The translations under genes and the position numbers were made by a program. A stretch of 64,000 nt of DNA from a virus (lineage: Duplodnaviria; Heunggongvirae; Uroviricota; Caudoviricetes), in IMG/VR virus record IMGVR_UViG_3300021431_000083, one strand, 5' to 3'. This document shows positions 8,785 to 19,491 of the stretch, in pieces. Under the pieces are notes generated by a model. The model did no database searches. It was given only the letters and a program-made list of their open reading frames with translations, and had not been told where the DNA came from. Each line of letters opens with the position of its first letter. Within the stretch, counting starts at the first letter, position 1.

Positions 8785-9810
8785 TTATGCTCCCTTTCTC
8801 TTGGCATTTTTCTTTTTCTTTTTCTTTTTTGAAAACGAATTCAGCCAATCTTCAATTGTAATTGATTCCATTGGCATTCCTTCCATTACGGATCTTTGCC
8901 GCACGCCATTACTAATTAACATTTTCTCTTGTTCTGAAACGGCTTGCCATTGATGTTTATGTTTGCGGTAATATTCAGAAAAACGTTTTTCTACTGCTTG
9001 ACGATAATTAAGATGAGTCTTATCTAACCATTCTTTTTTATTCATTGTATAATATGCATCAAATATCATAAAACATGTATAGAATTTAGCTTTATCTGAC
9101 ATATTCCTACGCTCAAATTCATCAACTAATGCATCATTACTATCAAGCATGTTATTATATGTTTTTAAAATATAGTCTGGATCATGCCGACATACAGATG
9201 CATCGCGCCACTTCCAAAGATAAAAAGCGTGCGGGCAGTACTTAGCTCTATTTTCTTTTGCACAATTCTGAGCTAAGATATTAAAATAACTATCTTCATG
9301 AATAGTTAAATTATCATTAAATCTGATATTATTATTTATTAAATATTCCCTATTATGAATTTTACCATGAACAAATGTACTATCCATATCATGATTAATA
9401 TATAATGGTTCTTTAGTTTCAGGATTACGAGTTTCTTCAATAAATTTACTCGTCATAGTATCAAAACCACCATTATTTATTTCATTAAAGATAATATGTA
9501 ATCCGCAGACATGACAGAACATATCATCAGCATCACAGAACATGACATATTCAGCAGTTGCGGCGTTCAACGCAGCGTTGCGGGTATGTGAAACGCCGCC
9601 CTTTTCGGCATGTACGTGGACAATCTCGAATTTGTAATGCTGCGCCCACTCTTCAACGGGTAAAGGCGTGGCATCTTCGCCGTCATAGGCGATAATCACG
9701 CCAAAATCGTCAAAGTTCACCGCTTGCTGAATCTGCAACGAATCGAGCAATGGCGTTATCTCTTCGGGCTGTTCTTGGTAATGAGGGATTAGTAATTGTA
9801 ACTTTTTCAA
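8785..9810 (-). CDS. family-2 (GT-A) glycosyltransferase
   Basis: DXD motif FCDADDMF. The first ~80 codons (about 9560-9810) are roughly 50% GC, against about 30% elsewhere. Confidence 0.6.
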   Translation of the reverse strand: MKKLQLLIPHYQEQPEEITPLLDSLQIQQAVNFDDFGVIIAYDGEDATPLPVEEWAQHYKFEIVHVHAEKGGVSHTRNAALNAATAEYVMFCDADDMFCHVCGLHIIFNEINNGGFDTMTSKFIEETRNPETKEPLYINHDMDSTFVHGKIHNREYLINNNIRFNDNLTIHEDSYFNILAQNCAKENRAKYCPHAFYLWKWRDASVCRHDPDYILKTYNNMLDSNDALVDEFERRNMSDKAKFYTCFMIFDAYYTMNKKEWLDKTHLNYRQAVEKRFSEYYRKHKHQWQAVSEQEKMLISNGVRQRSVMEGMPMESITIEDWLNSFSKKKKKKKNAKRKGA

Positions 9811-9902
9811 TATAATTCCTTAATCGTGGACGATATGAAACTAGCCATGACTAGTGCTAATGGCTAATCATGGCTAGTTCGGTTGGTGGGTTTTAGTAAT
9901 GG

Positions 9903-11126
9903 CTAAACGCTTACAATGTTAGAACTGTAAAAACTCCAATAATTAGCGCTAACAAATGCATTATACAAGCTAGCAGGAACCATAATTTTGCAACTGCTAT
10001 TTGCATATTCTAAGAATCTATTAGATGCGATTGGAACACTTGAAACGTTACGTAAATCAATTATGGACAAAGCATAACAATAATTAAACGCCCCACTAAA
10101 AATATGTGCTAATTTATCCAATTTTATTGATTTTAACTGTGTGCATTCACTAAAGCAGAATAACCCAATTGTTTCAACATTTGGACAGTTGATAGTTGTC
10201 AAAGATGCGCATTGTTGAAAGGCGCCTATACTAAGAGTTGTTGCCTTTTCAAATGATGCATTTTCTAAAATAGAACATCTAAAAAATGCTTGATTATTTA
10301 CGATTGTCGCATTATTCAATACAATACTTTTAACAATCATTGATACAAAAGCATTACTAGCAATGAAAGAAACTGTATCATCTGATACAAGCGATATTTC
10401 TAATCCTTCTGCAATACTTTTTACTTCAATACCGTTAAACGCAACATTCACACTCGCACTCTCAAACGCCCTAACATCATAAACACCGTTGGCTGTGATT
10501 TCGCTAGTACCGCTAACTCGTACATAGTCTGATGGAATATCGCCACCAGTAACCATTACGCTTGCACTCTCAAACGCCCTAACATCATAAACACCGTTGG
10601 CAGTGATTTCGCTAGTGCCTAATGGTTGAATGTAGGTGCTTGGAATTGGGCTAACAATCACGCTACCTATATTAATTGTTCCGTTTTGTGCTACTACTTG
10701 TTGTTCACTTGTTGGTGTCCAAGTCCTACCAGTTGTTCTGCCTAATGGCAGCGTATTTGAGTGAACAGAAAAATCAACATAGCCTGATGGTTGCCGCATT
10801 ATCGCTGTTACTACATTGCCATTTAAAGACATGCTAATATTAGCCAACGGATTCGTTGGAATGCTCATCTGTGCCGATTTAGTACCGCCTGCGACATAAC
10901 CCGCTTGCTGTTCGGCTGTTGCAATCACAGTAGCGCCGCTAAACGCAATACTCGGCGTTGCCTGACTCACACTGGGCATTATACCAGCAATTTTTTCACC
11001 ATTAACATAAGCAGTTGTACCTTCTAATATATCTGCTGCGGTTGCTGTGGCATCTGTAGTATCTATACCACCACCTCCACCGCCTTTCTTTATACATTTT
11101 AATCATGCGAGAGTAGCAATATTCAT
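9903..11126 (-). CDS. leucine-rich-repeat (BspA/LRR_5-like) putative receptor-binding protein, 407 aa, needs code 4 (TGA at codon 8)
   Basis: N-term MNIATLAW(TGA)LKCIKKGGGGGG. Two internal repeats of about 40 aa (TSEITANGVYDVRAFESASV). C-terminal I..SV..IG..AF..C LRR units. Confidence 0.55.
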
Positions 11127-11535
11127 ATAAGCTCCTATCTCAAAAAATTTTACACTATATAATATATAAAATTTATTGTTTTAAAATAATTGTAATTTGA
11201 TATGTTTATATAATCAAAATCCTTACCACCCAAAAGTAGTAAGGATAAATACATAACCCTGGCAGAGCGATAATATACCAGGTTGCTTAGTTTTCGGGGA
11301 TAAGCATATACCACCAGTTCACGCTTTATCGCTGGACGGAATTATTTCGCAGTTCGTAATGCAAAGAGATAATTCAATCTTTAGTAAGTTAGATGTTATA
11401 AAACGGAGAAACTTACCAAAACTCCGGGAGAAGAGGTACATACATTTTAGCATAATCCAAGATACACCGCGTGGAGGTATGTATGTCTAGTATCTCATGC
11501 GGGGCAAGTACCCGCAAGTCTTGCCCCTTCCAATA

Positions 11536-12165
11536 TTACTCATGAACAATATAATGAACAATCTTCTTATTATCAGTAAGAGTAGGCTTAATCATATCAC
11601 CCATATAAAATTTAAGAATATGATTGTTATTCTTACCTCCTATTAGAAGATGATATTCACTACCATCCCAATAATCATTCTCTTGCGGCCAATAGGCAAT
11701 GAAAATTGGAGCTTTACCTTCTTTAAAGTCTTGCTTACTAAATGGAGAACAGCCATTATAACTATAATCATTCTCAGCTTCAAGAATAACCGCATCAAAA
11801 TCAAAATAAATATCAATTACTTTATCAACATATTTATCATATACTCGACCTGCATTATGCTCATAAGGCTGATCATCCCAGTCATCGCCCCAAATATCAT
11901 TGTATTTATCTTGGTCACAACAATACAGCCGCACAACATTGCCCTTAGTTTCCCAGTCACAAATTACGAAATTTTCTATGTTCATATCATATCTTTCCTC
12001 TTGGGTAGAAAAATAAAAATCTGCATACCCCTTTAAGACGCGATCATTAACAGAAGGATTATCATTAATATAATCTATCAACTCGTTTATGTTTTTAAAA
12101 TGCGTAATATGCAATGCATCATTATAAGTATCTTCTAAAGTAATCATTAATAGCTCATCTCGCAA
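11536..12165 (-). CDS. hypothetical protein (209 aa)
   Basis: Intact ORF, TAA stop. Confidence 0.55.
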   Translation of the reverse strand: MRDELLMITLEDTYNDALHITHFKNINELIDYINDNPSVNDRVLKGYADFYFSTQEERYDMNIENFVICDWETKGNVVRLYCCDQDKYNDIWGDDWDDQPYEHNAGRVYDKYVDKVIDIYFDFDAVILEAENDYSYNGCSPFSKQDFKEGKAPIFIAYWPQENDYWDGSEYHLLIGGKNNNHILKFYMGDMIKPTLTDNKKIVHYIVHE

Positions 12166-12674
12166 ACAATGGTTATTTCACCAGGAGCAGGACAATAAAT
12201 ACCATAAGCGTACAAATAAATATCTACTTGCTTCATAAAGTCTTTCAAAGCATTCCGCACAGGTGGCTCAGACATATCATCACTATCAGGCTTACCTAAT
12301 TCATTGTAATTATGCTCTTCCATAGCTATCCAATCTTTATGAGCACAAGCATCACCCTGCGCCCATCCACGCAGTTCAAGGTAGTCATAATACGTACCTT
12401 CATCTACGTTATAAGACCACCCATCACTACCATCGAACCAGTCAGGATGCTCTTCTTTAAGAATATCTACATACCACTCAGGAAGGCCACGACGAGCACC
12501 AATATCCTCAAAGTTATAACCATGACGATTATAACCAAGAAGAAGTTGATTCAGCATTCCATCACGGCTGGGAAAGAGATCATAAAGCTCTTTACCATCT
12601 TTATCATAAAAAGCCAGCTTTTCATACTTGTCATTACATTTACGATATATACTATAAATACCATCAAACCCCAT
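12147..12674 (-). CDS. hypothetical protein (175 aa)
   Basis: Intact ORF, TAA stop. Confidence 0.55.
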   Translation of the reverse strand: MGFDGIYSIYRKCNDKYEKLAFYDKDGKELYDLFPSRDGMLNQLLLGYNRHGYNFEDIGARRGLPEWYVDILKEEHPDWFDGSDGWSYNVDEGTYYDYLELRGWAQGDACAHKDWIAMEEHNYNELGKPDSDDMSEPPVRNALKDFMKQVDIYLYAYGIYCPAPGEITIVCEMSY

Positions 12675-12702
12675 GATAATCTCCTTTCCCTTTTCTATAT
12701 TT

Positions 12703-12740
12703 ATATTATAACATATTTATATGATATTTGTCAATTAAAT
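12703..12740 (-). promoter_or_regulatory. consensus promoter module (approximate)
   Basis: tatattataacatatttatatgatatttgtcaa. Confidence 0.45.
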
Positions 12741-12932
12741 TTATGCTTCACCCACATAGATTTGACTATAATCTGAACCATAATATACATCAAAATAATC
12801 ATTAAAATTTACGTTGTAAGCTACAGGATACAATGTCTTAGACATTTTCTCAATAGCTTGTGCGGGCGATGTGGCACAATGGTGACCTAAAAATTGCTCA
12901 TTTTGATAAATCTTATACTTCTTACCACTCAT
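12741..12932 (-). CDS. hypothetical protein (63 aa)
   Basis: Intact ORF. Confidence 0.4.
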   Translation of the reverse strand: MSGKKYKIYQNEQFLGHHCATSPAQAIEKMSKTLYPVAYNVNFNDYFDVYYGSDYSQIYVGEA

Positions 12933-12942
12933 TTATTCTCCT

Positions 12943-13905
12943 TTATCTTCCCATACTTTCAGGAAATTTTTTCCAACTAATTAAATTTTCAAGTTCCTCA
13001 ATCTTTTTGCGAGCTTGTATCAATTCAAGTTCAAGACTATTTGTTGTTATACCAGACTTTCCTTCAATTAATTCTTTGGTAAGACTACGGCTGATTAAAT
13101 CATAAAGAGTTTTATCCAAGAGAGAATCCATTGAAGGATCATTCTCATTAGGACAATCTTTGCGGAAATCATCAGCTATTTTAACAATGCTTTCCATTAA
13201 TTCATCTGCTTTAATTTCCGCTTGTTCTTTAGATAATCCCCATCCATTCCGTTTACACTCCAAGAGAGAATCACGAATATTGCTATTTTTAAGATAAATA
13301 CAATCTTTATAAGGTCTACCTTCGATATACCACTTAATAAAATAATTAATGCGGGCTAGGTGTGATAACTGCTTTGGGTCATATCCAAATTTTTCAATCC
13401 AGGGCATGCGGCTTGGGTATTCATGGCACAAAGCATGTCGTTTCTCACTCGCCATACCTTTCATACAAGAAACTGCGGCATAAGGATTAATCCTTGCCAA
13501 CTCTTCCGCATTCGCCCGCAACCTATTCCAAAGATCATAATACTTATTGTTTACAATAAAATAATCAGTAAATAGAATCTCAACAAAATTAATATTTGAC
13601 TTGCGGAAAATCTTAAAGTACTCCCGCACATCCTTACAATCAACATGCTCTTGGTTATCTGGCATTTCAAGAGTATGGCTAATTGGTTTGTGGTTAAGTA
13701 CAATATCTTCTAACGAAGGAATAACTAATACTTTAGAATCAATATCAGACTCCGCATCAGCCATATTGTAATTTTGACTCCCCTGTAAACAAATAACAAA
13801 CCAATCTTTGTTATAAGTAGTTATATAATGAAAAAGATGTTCATGCAAACGTTTATTAATGTCAATATCATTTAAATATGGCATTACTATCTCCTTTAAA
13901 AGCAC
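12943..13905 (-). CDS. pol-beta-superfamily nucleotidyltransferase-like protein
   Basis: G-S-x(11)-D-x-D signature: GSQNYNMADAESDIDSKV. TAA stop. Confidence 0.45.
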   Translation of the reverse strand: MLLKEIVMPYLNDIDINKRLHEHLFHYITTYNKDWFVICLQGSQNYNMADAESDIDSKVLVIPSLEDIVLNHKPISHTLEMPDNQEHVDCKDVREYFKIFRKSNINFVEILFTDYFIVNNKYYDLWNRLRANAEELARINPYAAVSCMKGMASEKRHALCHEYPSRMPWIEKFGYDPKQLSHLARINYFIKWYIEGRPYKDCIYLKNSNIRDSLLECKRNGWGLSKEQAEIKADELMESIVKIADDFRKDCPNENDPSMDSLLDKTLYDLISRSLTKELIEGKSGITTNSLELELIQARKKIEELENLISWKKFPESMGR

Positions 13906-14078
13906 TCATCAAAGAATACATATAATCCATAAAAAAGTGCTATAATTATAATAATATCCAGTATTATTCCAACAATTATAAGAAAAATAACATTCGTTAA
14001 TATGGCATAGGTAAATAAAGGAATTAGTATAAAAGTTATAATAGTACAAATTAATGCTTTTATATTAATTTCACTCAT
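13896..14078 (-). CDS. small hydrophobic membrane protein (60 aa)
   Basis: Almost entirely hydrophobic: ICTIITFILIPLFTYAILTNVIFLIIVGIILDIIIIIALFYGLYVFF. Confidence 0.45.
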   Translation of the reverse strand: MSEINIKALICTIITFILIPLFTYAILTNVIFLIIVGIILDIIIIIALFYGLYVFFDECF

Positions 14079-14421
14079 TCTTAATAATCCTCTATATTAT
14101 CGACAATTACATAACCAGACTCTTGTGCGGCGAATTCTTGAGTAATCTCTTCAACCTCTTCAAGTATTTGCTCTTCAGTCATTCCTTCTTCAATTTCAAA
14201 ATCGCCGATTGCACCATAAGCACCAAATTCAACAAAACAATGTGCCATTCTTTAAACCTTTCTACGAATGAAAGACACGAAAATAACTAACCTCTCCTGT
14301 GATAAATTGCGTAGTTAACATATCAACTGTCTCATATAAATCTTTTTCTTGAACTTCTATATAATCTCCGACATCATTCTTTATAAATTCAATTATAATC
14401 ATTATATTCCCTTTCTCTTAT

Positions 14422-14458
14422 AAATATATTATAGCATAAAAATAAAACGCCCGTCAAG
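14422..14458 (-). promoter_or_regulatory. consensus promoter module (approximate)
   Basis: taaatatattatagcataaaaataaaacgcccgtcaa. Confidence 0.45.
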
Positions 14459-14486
14459 GAATAATCCTTAACGAGCGTATTAATAA

Positions 14487-15437
14487 TTATTTAGTAGTAT
14501 TAACCATTGGCGTTGAATTCTCTGGAACAACTACAAGGTTTCCCTGTGCACCAATTTCTTTAAGAGCATCAATATAATGTTGCTGAATAACCTTATCACT
14601 TAGAGAATCATTAAGAATCTTATTAGCATCAGCTTCACCTTGCGCTTGAACTACCTTAGTTTGTGCTTCAACTTCAGCAACAGACTTTTTATTTTCAGCT
14701 GTTTGCTTATCAATTTCAGCTTGCTGTGCCTTAGTATAACTTTCATTGATATTGTCAGGATATTCTACGTGCTGAACATTTACCTGTTCAATAACTAAAC
14801 CATAGGGCTTCCATTTCTTTTCAAGAGCTTTCCAAATAGCATTCACGAACTCTTCACGTGCGGTTAGAATCGTAATTGTATCAAACTGACCTGCGACTTG
14901 GCGTGGAACCGCACGAATATCAACCGCACAAATAGCCTTTACAAAGTTTTCTTGAGTTCCATAATTTACATATAAATCTTCTGCCGCTTCTGGATCAAGT
15001 GAATAGTTAACTTGAACATCTACAACAGCTCTTGCACCACCACGATCATTTACGATAATACCAGAGCCATTTGCGGAACCACCTTCAAATTGCTCTTCTT
15101 CTGTTTCACCCATGAAAGAAAGAATGTTATTACGAATATCATAACGGGTAATTTCTTGCCAAGGAGCTTTAACACCGAAACCAGCTTCACTATCATGTCC
15201 AGCTAGCTGACCGCCCCAATTACGAAGAACAACAACCTCTCCAACAGATTGTGTATAAATACAAGAACCAAAAATAAGAACAACACCAAGAATAATTGGA
15301 ATTAAGCTATACATCTTGGGCGGTGTAATTTGTCTTGTTCTTGTTTCTCCATAAAGTTCATAAGTTTCTGTTTTACCAAATAAGACCGCACAAACAATAC
15401 CTGCGATTAGAATAATAATACCAAAAATTGCTAGCAT
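14487..15437 (-). CDS. SPFH/band-7 (HflK/C, stomatin, prohibitin-like) membrane protein
   Basis: N-terminal TM helix, SPFH core, then a coiled-coil tail (QQAEIDKQTAENKKSVAEVEAQTKVVQAQGEADANKIL). Confidence 0.6.
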   Translation of the reverse strand: MLAIFGIIILIAGIVCAVLFGKTETYELYGETRTRQITPPKMYSLIPIILGVVLIFGSCIYTQSVGEVVVLRNWGGQLAGHDSEAGFGVKAPWQEITRYDIRNNILSFMGETEEEQFEGGSANGSGIIVNDRGGARAVVDVQVNYSLDPEAAEDLYVNYGTQENFVKAICAVDIRAVPRQVAGQFDTITILTAREEFVNAIWKALEKKWKPYGLVIEQVNVQHVEYPDNINESYTKAQQAEIDKQTAENKKSVAEVEAQTKVVQAQGEADANKILNDSLSDKVIQQHYIDALKEIGAQGNLVVVPENSTPMVNTTK

Positions 15438-15665
15438 ACAACTCCTATGACTCTGCTATGACCTCAACCCAATCAGACTTACTTAACCAAACATATCTAA
15501 AATGATATTCTCCATCAATGAATACAAGCCAAAAGCCATCTTTATTTTTAAGTACTTTTCCATGTTTACACGTACCAGCCATTACTTGTAAAAAAGAAGA
15601 AGTATCATTTAATGTGTCTAATTTAGGCTCTTTAACAATACGATGATTTTTACTCCAAGTAACTT

Positions 15666-16601
15666 TTACGAAGTCGCCGTCTTTGTATCCTCGTTCATCA
15701 GAAACATTAGTGGTAAAAAATTCTGAACACTGTTTCCATTCTGGCCATTCATTAACATAGCCATAAGCATCATCTGCATAGAGGGAGAAGAGGATGATAG
15801 ACCACCAAGACCAGGATTCTCCTTGTTCATTAGCATAAGAACTAAAGGGAGTGCATCATTACTCTTACCATCATTATTTCCCAAAAGAAGGAAAGGTAGC
15901 ATATTTCCAAACGGATTATCTTCGTTTGCGGTCGATGCTGTAAAATCTACAAGACTTACAATCTTAGTAATAAAATCAAAACCAAAAATTGACTTTGTAG
16001 GAAGAATTTTCTTAATCTCACCATCTGTTACATCAATAACAGAAATAGTCTTTCCTCTTGCCTTTGTAACAAACATAACATGACGATTATGGATAATTGC
16101 ATCACCTTCAGCTACGTCTTTAATAGCAACAGGCATCATATAAACAAAATTGTCACAACCAAAATTAATTAAATCAACATTAACAATTTCGTTGTTTTCT
16201 TTATCATAAGACACCCATTCACCATTACTATTCTGCACCGCAATACCAAGATGTGAAATCTTAGCACGATCGCCGCACGGACCAAAATTAAAATTCTTCA
16301 TAATATTCATTTTTTTATTCTCTTTCTCTTGGTTTTCTTTTAATTCATGAATAAATCTAATGTCATCTGAAGTTATCTCTTCTCCATCCAGAACAAGTTT
16401 ATTAGAAGTTGAACAAATATTGGGTTTTAAATTAATATTGTTTCCACTAATACTAAATCCATTTCCTTTAATTCCATCTTTATCAATAGTAATTTTAGGA
16501 TTAGAAGATGTTGTAGTTGTAACTGATGGATTATAATTTCAATTTGCAGTAATATTGTCCCAATAATAATTTGTAGTATCTGTAGTATAATTACTTATCA
16601 T
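15666..16601 (-). CDS. hypothetical protein, 311 aa, needs code 4 (one in-frame TGA near 16549)
   Basis: ATG at 16601 with AGGAGGA RBS. Hand translation MISNYTTDTTNYYWDNITANW(TGA)NYNPS... runs in frame into the track ORF 15666..16310. Confidence 0.5.
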
Positions 16602-16702
16602 CTATCCTCCTTTCTTACAAGTATATTATAATATATAAAATATACCCTGTCAAATAAAAAAATAGGGCAACTATAAAAATATAGCTGCCCTGTTATATTC
16701 TC

Positions 16703-16796
16703 TGCGGAAGATGCAAGATTTGAACTTGCACTAGAATTCTCGTCCTAGGCTACGCATTAGCAGTGCGACACTTTACCATTCAGTCAATCTTCCATA
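16703..16796 (-). tRNA. tRNA-Ser(GCU), type II with a long variable arm
   Basis: Acceptor GGAAGAT/ATCTTCC. Anticodon loop CTGCTAA. T-arm GCAAG-TTCAAAT-CTTGC. Confidence 0.6.
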
Positions 16797-17100
16797 GAAA
16801 ATATCGCGGGTGGCGCCTTTACGCACTTTATCAGGACTCGCAACCTGCCGCTGGAAAACCCGCTTCTTTTGGTTCACCGGAGAAGCTCTTTGCCTATGAT
16901 TACAAACCGGTTTATAATATTCTCGGAGGGTCTACCATTTACACCCTAACTCGCTTACCGAGTTCGCATGAGCTTCAGCATTCAATTAGATCTGTCACCA
17001 TCTTTATGGCGCTTTCTTTATACCACTTATCATGTGGCTGCGGTGACTAGTACGCATTTAGGAAAAGAAAGCATAAGAAAACCCTCCTACTCAGTAATTA

Positions 17101-17175
17101 TATAGTCTGGAGTCGAACCAGTGTCTCTCTGGGCATAACCATAAGCGCTCTACCGTTAAGCTATCTCTATAACAC
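17101..17175 (-). ncRNA. tRNA-like element (D-arm GCTTAACGGTAGAGC, T-loop TTCGACT). No canonical acceptor or anticodon pairing found by hand.
   Basis: Partial cloverleaf only. May be a pseudo-tRNA, a split tRNA, or part of a larger structured RNA. Confidence 0.3.
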
Positions 17176-17400
17176 CTTTCGTTCGCTACTTACCCCGTCG
17201 GACTTTCGCTACACACCTAGGTTTTATTAATGTGTCTGCAGGTGTATTAGACACTCCAGCAGCTTTTTACGTCTTCACTTTATTTGGACAGCTACCTTCC
17301 GCAGTAGTATGGCGACATGACTTTCGTTGAAGAGGACTGCCGCAAGCGAACATTATACACCAATGATTTTTATCTTCCTGGTTCCATCACCCTTCACAGA

Positions 17401-17470
17401 CAGCCAGATTGGACTCGAACCAATACCCTAGCCCTTGCGGGCCGATGCTGACCAATTACACCACCAGCTA
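17401..17470 (-). ncRNA. tRNA-like element: acceptor with G-U pairs, T-arm ATTGG-TTCGAGT-CCAAT, but a GCCC-GCAA-GGGC GNRA hairpin where the anticodon arm should be
   Basis: 70 nt. Not a standard tRNA. Confidence 0.3.
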
Positions 17471-17871
17471 TCTCCAGTTTACTTTCACCTGTGCTATGAA
17501 TGTTTTTAGAGCGCCATTATTTCTATAGCGGAGGCCAGTGGTACAAACATCATAACCATATCTTCCCGCTTGATAGTTTAGTTTGAAAGGACTATCAACC
17601 TTATGTGAGAATGGAAAACCCATCTCTTTCGCACTTCGTTTTAGAAAACGAATAATTAAACATTCTTACCTTCGACTTAGGTTTACTCGGTACGTGCCTT
17701 CTCGTTGTATCCCGACCAATTCCTGTGGTAGCTACTCCACACTCACGTTTTTCGCTATGGGTACCTCTTCCCCACCCGCGTCTAGGCCGTCTCTCTGAGC
17801 AGTTTCTGCAGTCATACTCTCAGTTGATATTGGCGAGAATGTTTAACTTTCCCTTTTCTTTATATATATAT

Positions 17872-17912
17872 TATAACATATTTTTTATTCAGTTGTCAAG
17901 TTTTATTTTAAG
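17872..17912 (-). promoter_or_regulatory. consensus promoter module (approximate). It points into the noncoding island and tRNA-Ser.
   Basis: atatattataacatattttttattcagttgtcaa. Confidence 0.45.
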
Positions 17913-17992
17913 GCTTGGTTATTTTTCCCTTTAAACTAACCGCCCTTCTACAGGACAGTGACTGATTCGAACAATCATCTCCCTTACCTTAT

Positions 17993-18030
17993 ATATATAT
18001 TATAGCATAAAAATTGAACAATCGTCAACA
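17993..18030 (-). promoter_or_regulatory. consensus promoter module (approximate), in tandem with the previous one
   Basis: atatattatagcataaaaattgaacaatcgtcaa. Confidence 0.45.
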
Positions 18031-18113
18031 AATATTTTTAAACAAGTCTTGCCGCGCTTAAACGATCAGCCCACAAGAGGACCGAGCCTGAGTCGAACAG
18101 GCATTTGTTTATA

Positions 18114-18740
18114 TTACCAAGCTACATAATAATCAGTAATACCTTCATTACAACCACTATCAGATACAATACAAGTACCTTTACTACCTTCAAAAGTAGT
18201 ACCTTGCGGCATATCACTAGCCGCAACTACATAATATCCTTCGTCAGTACGATAGAATCCTTCATCATCTACTGTCCATTGGTCAGTATCTTGATGATAA
18301 AGAACATTAGATGAATAATATGTTTCTGTGCGGCCATCATAATAGTTAACGCCAGACTCTTGAGTTAAACCAGTACCATCACTATATTCTTGACCTTGAG
18401 TAACAACATCAGCAGGTTCTTCTTGAATAGTATCAACAGACTCTTCTTGAACATCAATATCAACAGATTCTTCTTGAATAGGCTCTGTTGATATTTCTTG
18501 AACGGGGTCTGCCGCAACTTCTGATACTGTTGTTTCTACTTTTGGAACACTATATTTTTTAGCTTTCTCCAAGAGATCAACCATATCTTTATTTGTTACT
18601 GTTCGCGGTTCAGCAATATCTTCTATATTTGAAAACTCAATTTTAGCTTTCTCTTGGACAATCTTTTGCGGTGAAGAGACACAGCCAATGTTGAACACAC
18701 ATAACACAATCAAACTTATAATGATGATTCGTTGCTTCAT
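18114..18740 (-). CDS. putative lipoprotein (signal peptide plus lipobox NIGC)
   Basis: N-term MKQRIIIISLIVLCVFNIGCVSSP. Acidic low-complexity central region. Confidence 0.55.
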   Translation of the reverse strand: MKQRIIIISLIVLCVFNIGCVSSPQKIVQEKAKIEFSNIEDIAEPRTVTNKDMVDLLEKAKKYSVPKVETTVSEVAADPVQEISTEPIQEESVDIDVQEESVDTIQEEPADVVTQGQEYSDGTGLTQESGVNYYDGRTETYYSSNVLYHQDTDQWTVDDEGFYRTDEGYYVVAASDMPQGTTFEGSKGTCIVSDSGCNEGITDYYVAW

Positions 18741-18897
18741 TTATACCTCGTTTTTATGATTGTAATAAAAATCAATTATTTTACGAATAAAACTATATAT
18801 TGTTGTATCTTGACTTCGTACATCTTCTGATATTTTATCCATTTGATCTTGTCTTATTCAAAGTTCAATTGGAATATATTCATCTTCTCTTGACACT

Positions 18898-19083
18898 TTA
18901 AAATTTACCTCCACCAGAACTTCTAAATCCATTCGTTGTATTAATTTGAATTATAGCCCCGCAAAAAGGACAGTAGGCTTCTTTAAGAATATCACCATGT
19001 CAATAAACAGTTCTATAATCTTCAGGTGCGGCCATGAAAGACTTGCCGCATTTATAACAATTAAAAATAGTATTTTTATTCAT
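18898..19083 (-). CDS. small zinc-ribbon protein (CxxC ... CxxC), 61 aa, needs code 4 (one TGA)
   Basis: MNKNTIFNCYKCGKSF ... YW(TGA)HGD ... CPFCGAII... AGGTGA RBS. Confidence 0.45.
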
Positions 19084-19312
19084 TATTATCACCTGTAGAA
19101 TCTGTTTCTATGACCGGTTCTGAAGATTCTACCACTTGTTTTTCTGGGCCATATACCATTTTATGACATGTCGGGCATGTATATGAGTTCTTATCAGAAA
19201 AAGGATTATTAGAAATTAATTCTACTTCAGTTACAGCAAACTCACATCCACAATAATCACAGTTAAATATATACTCTACGTTTGGAATAGTACCTTCTTT
19301 AATAATTCTCAT
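19076..19312 (-). CDS. small zinc-ribbon protein (CDYCGCEF ... CPTCHK)
   Basis: Intact ORF, TAA stop. Confidence 0.5.
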   Translation of the reverse strand: MRIIKEGTIPNVEYIFNCDYCGCEFAVTEVELISNNPFSDKNSYTCPTCHKMVYGPEKQVVESSEPVIETDSTGDNNE

Positions 19313-19491
19313 TATCGAATCTCCTGACCAGTTTCTTTATTAATAATAGCATATGTTTCTACTCTTCTAAATTGATTGCACACAGGGCAAACGGCTGAAC
19401 GAGGATTCTCTGATTCAAAAATTATATCGCAATTTTTACAAAGCATTTTGTATTTATAAGGACTTTCTTTCTTTTTGAAAAAATTAAACAT
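19312..19491 (-). CDS. small zinc-ribbon protein (CKNCD ... CPVCNQ), 59 aa
   Basis: Hand translation MFNFFKKKESPYKYKMLCKNCDIIFESENPRSAVCPVCNQF... Start and stop overlaps of the TAATG type on both sides. Confidence 0.4.
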   Translation of the reverse strand: MFNFFKKKESPYKYKMLCKNCDIIFESENPRSAVCPVCNQFRRVETYAIINKETGQEIR

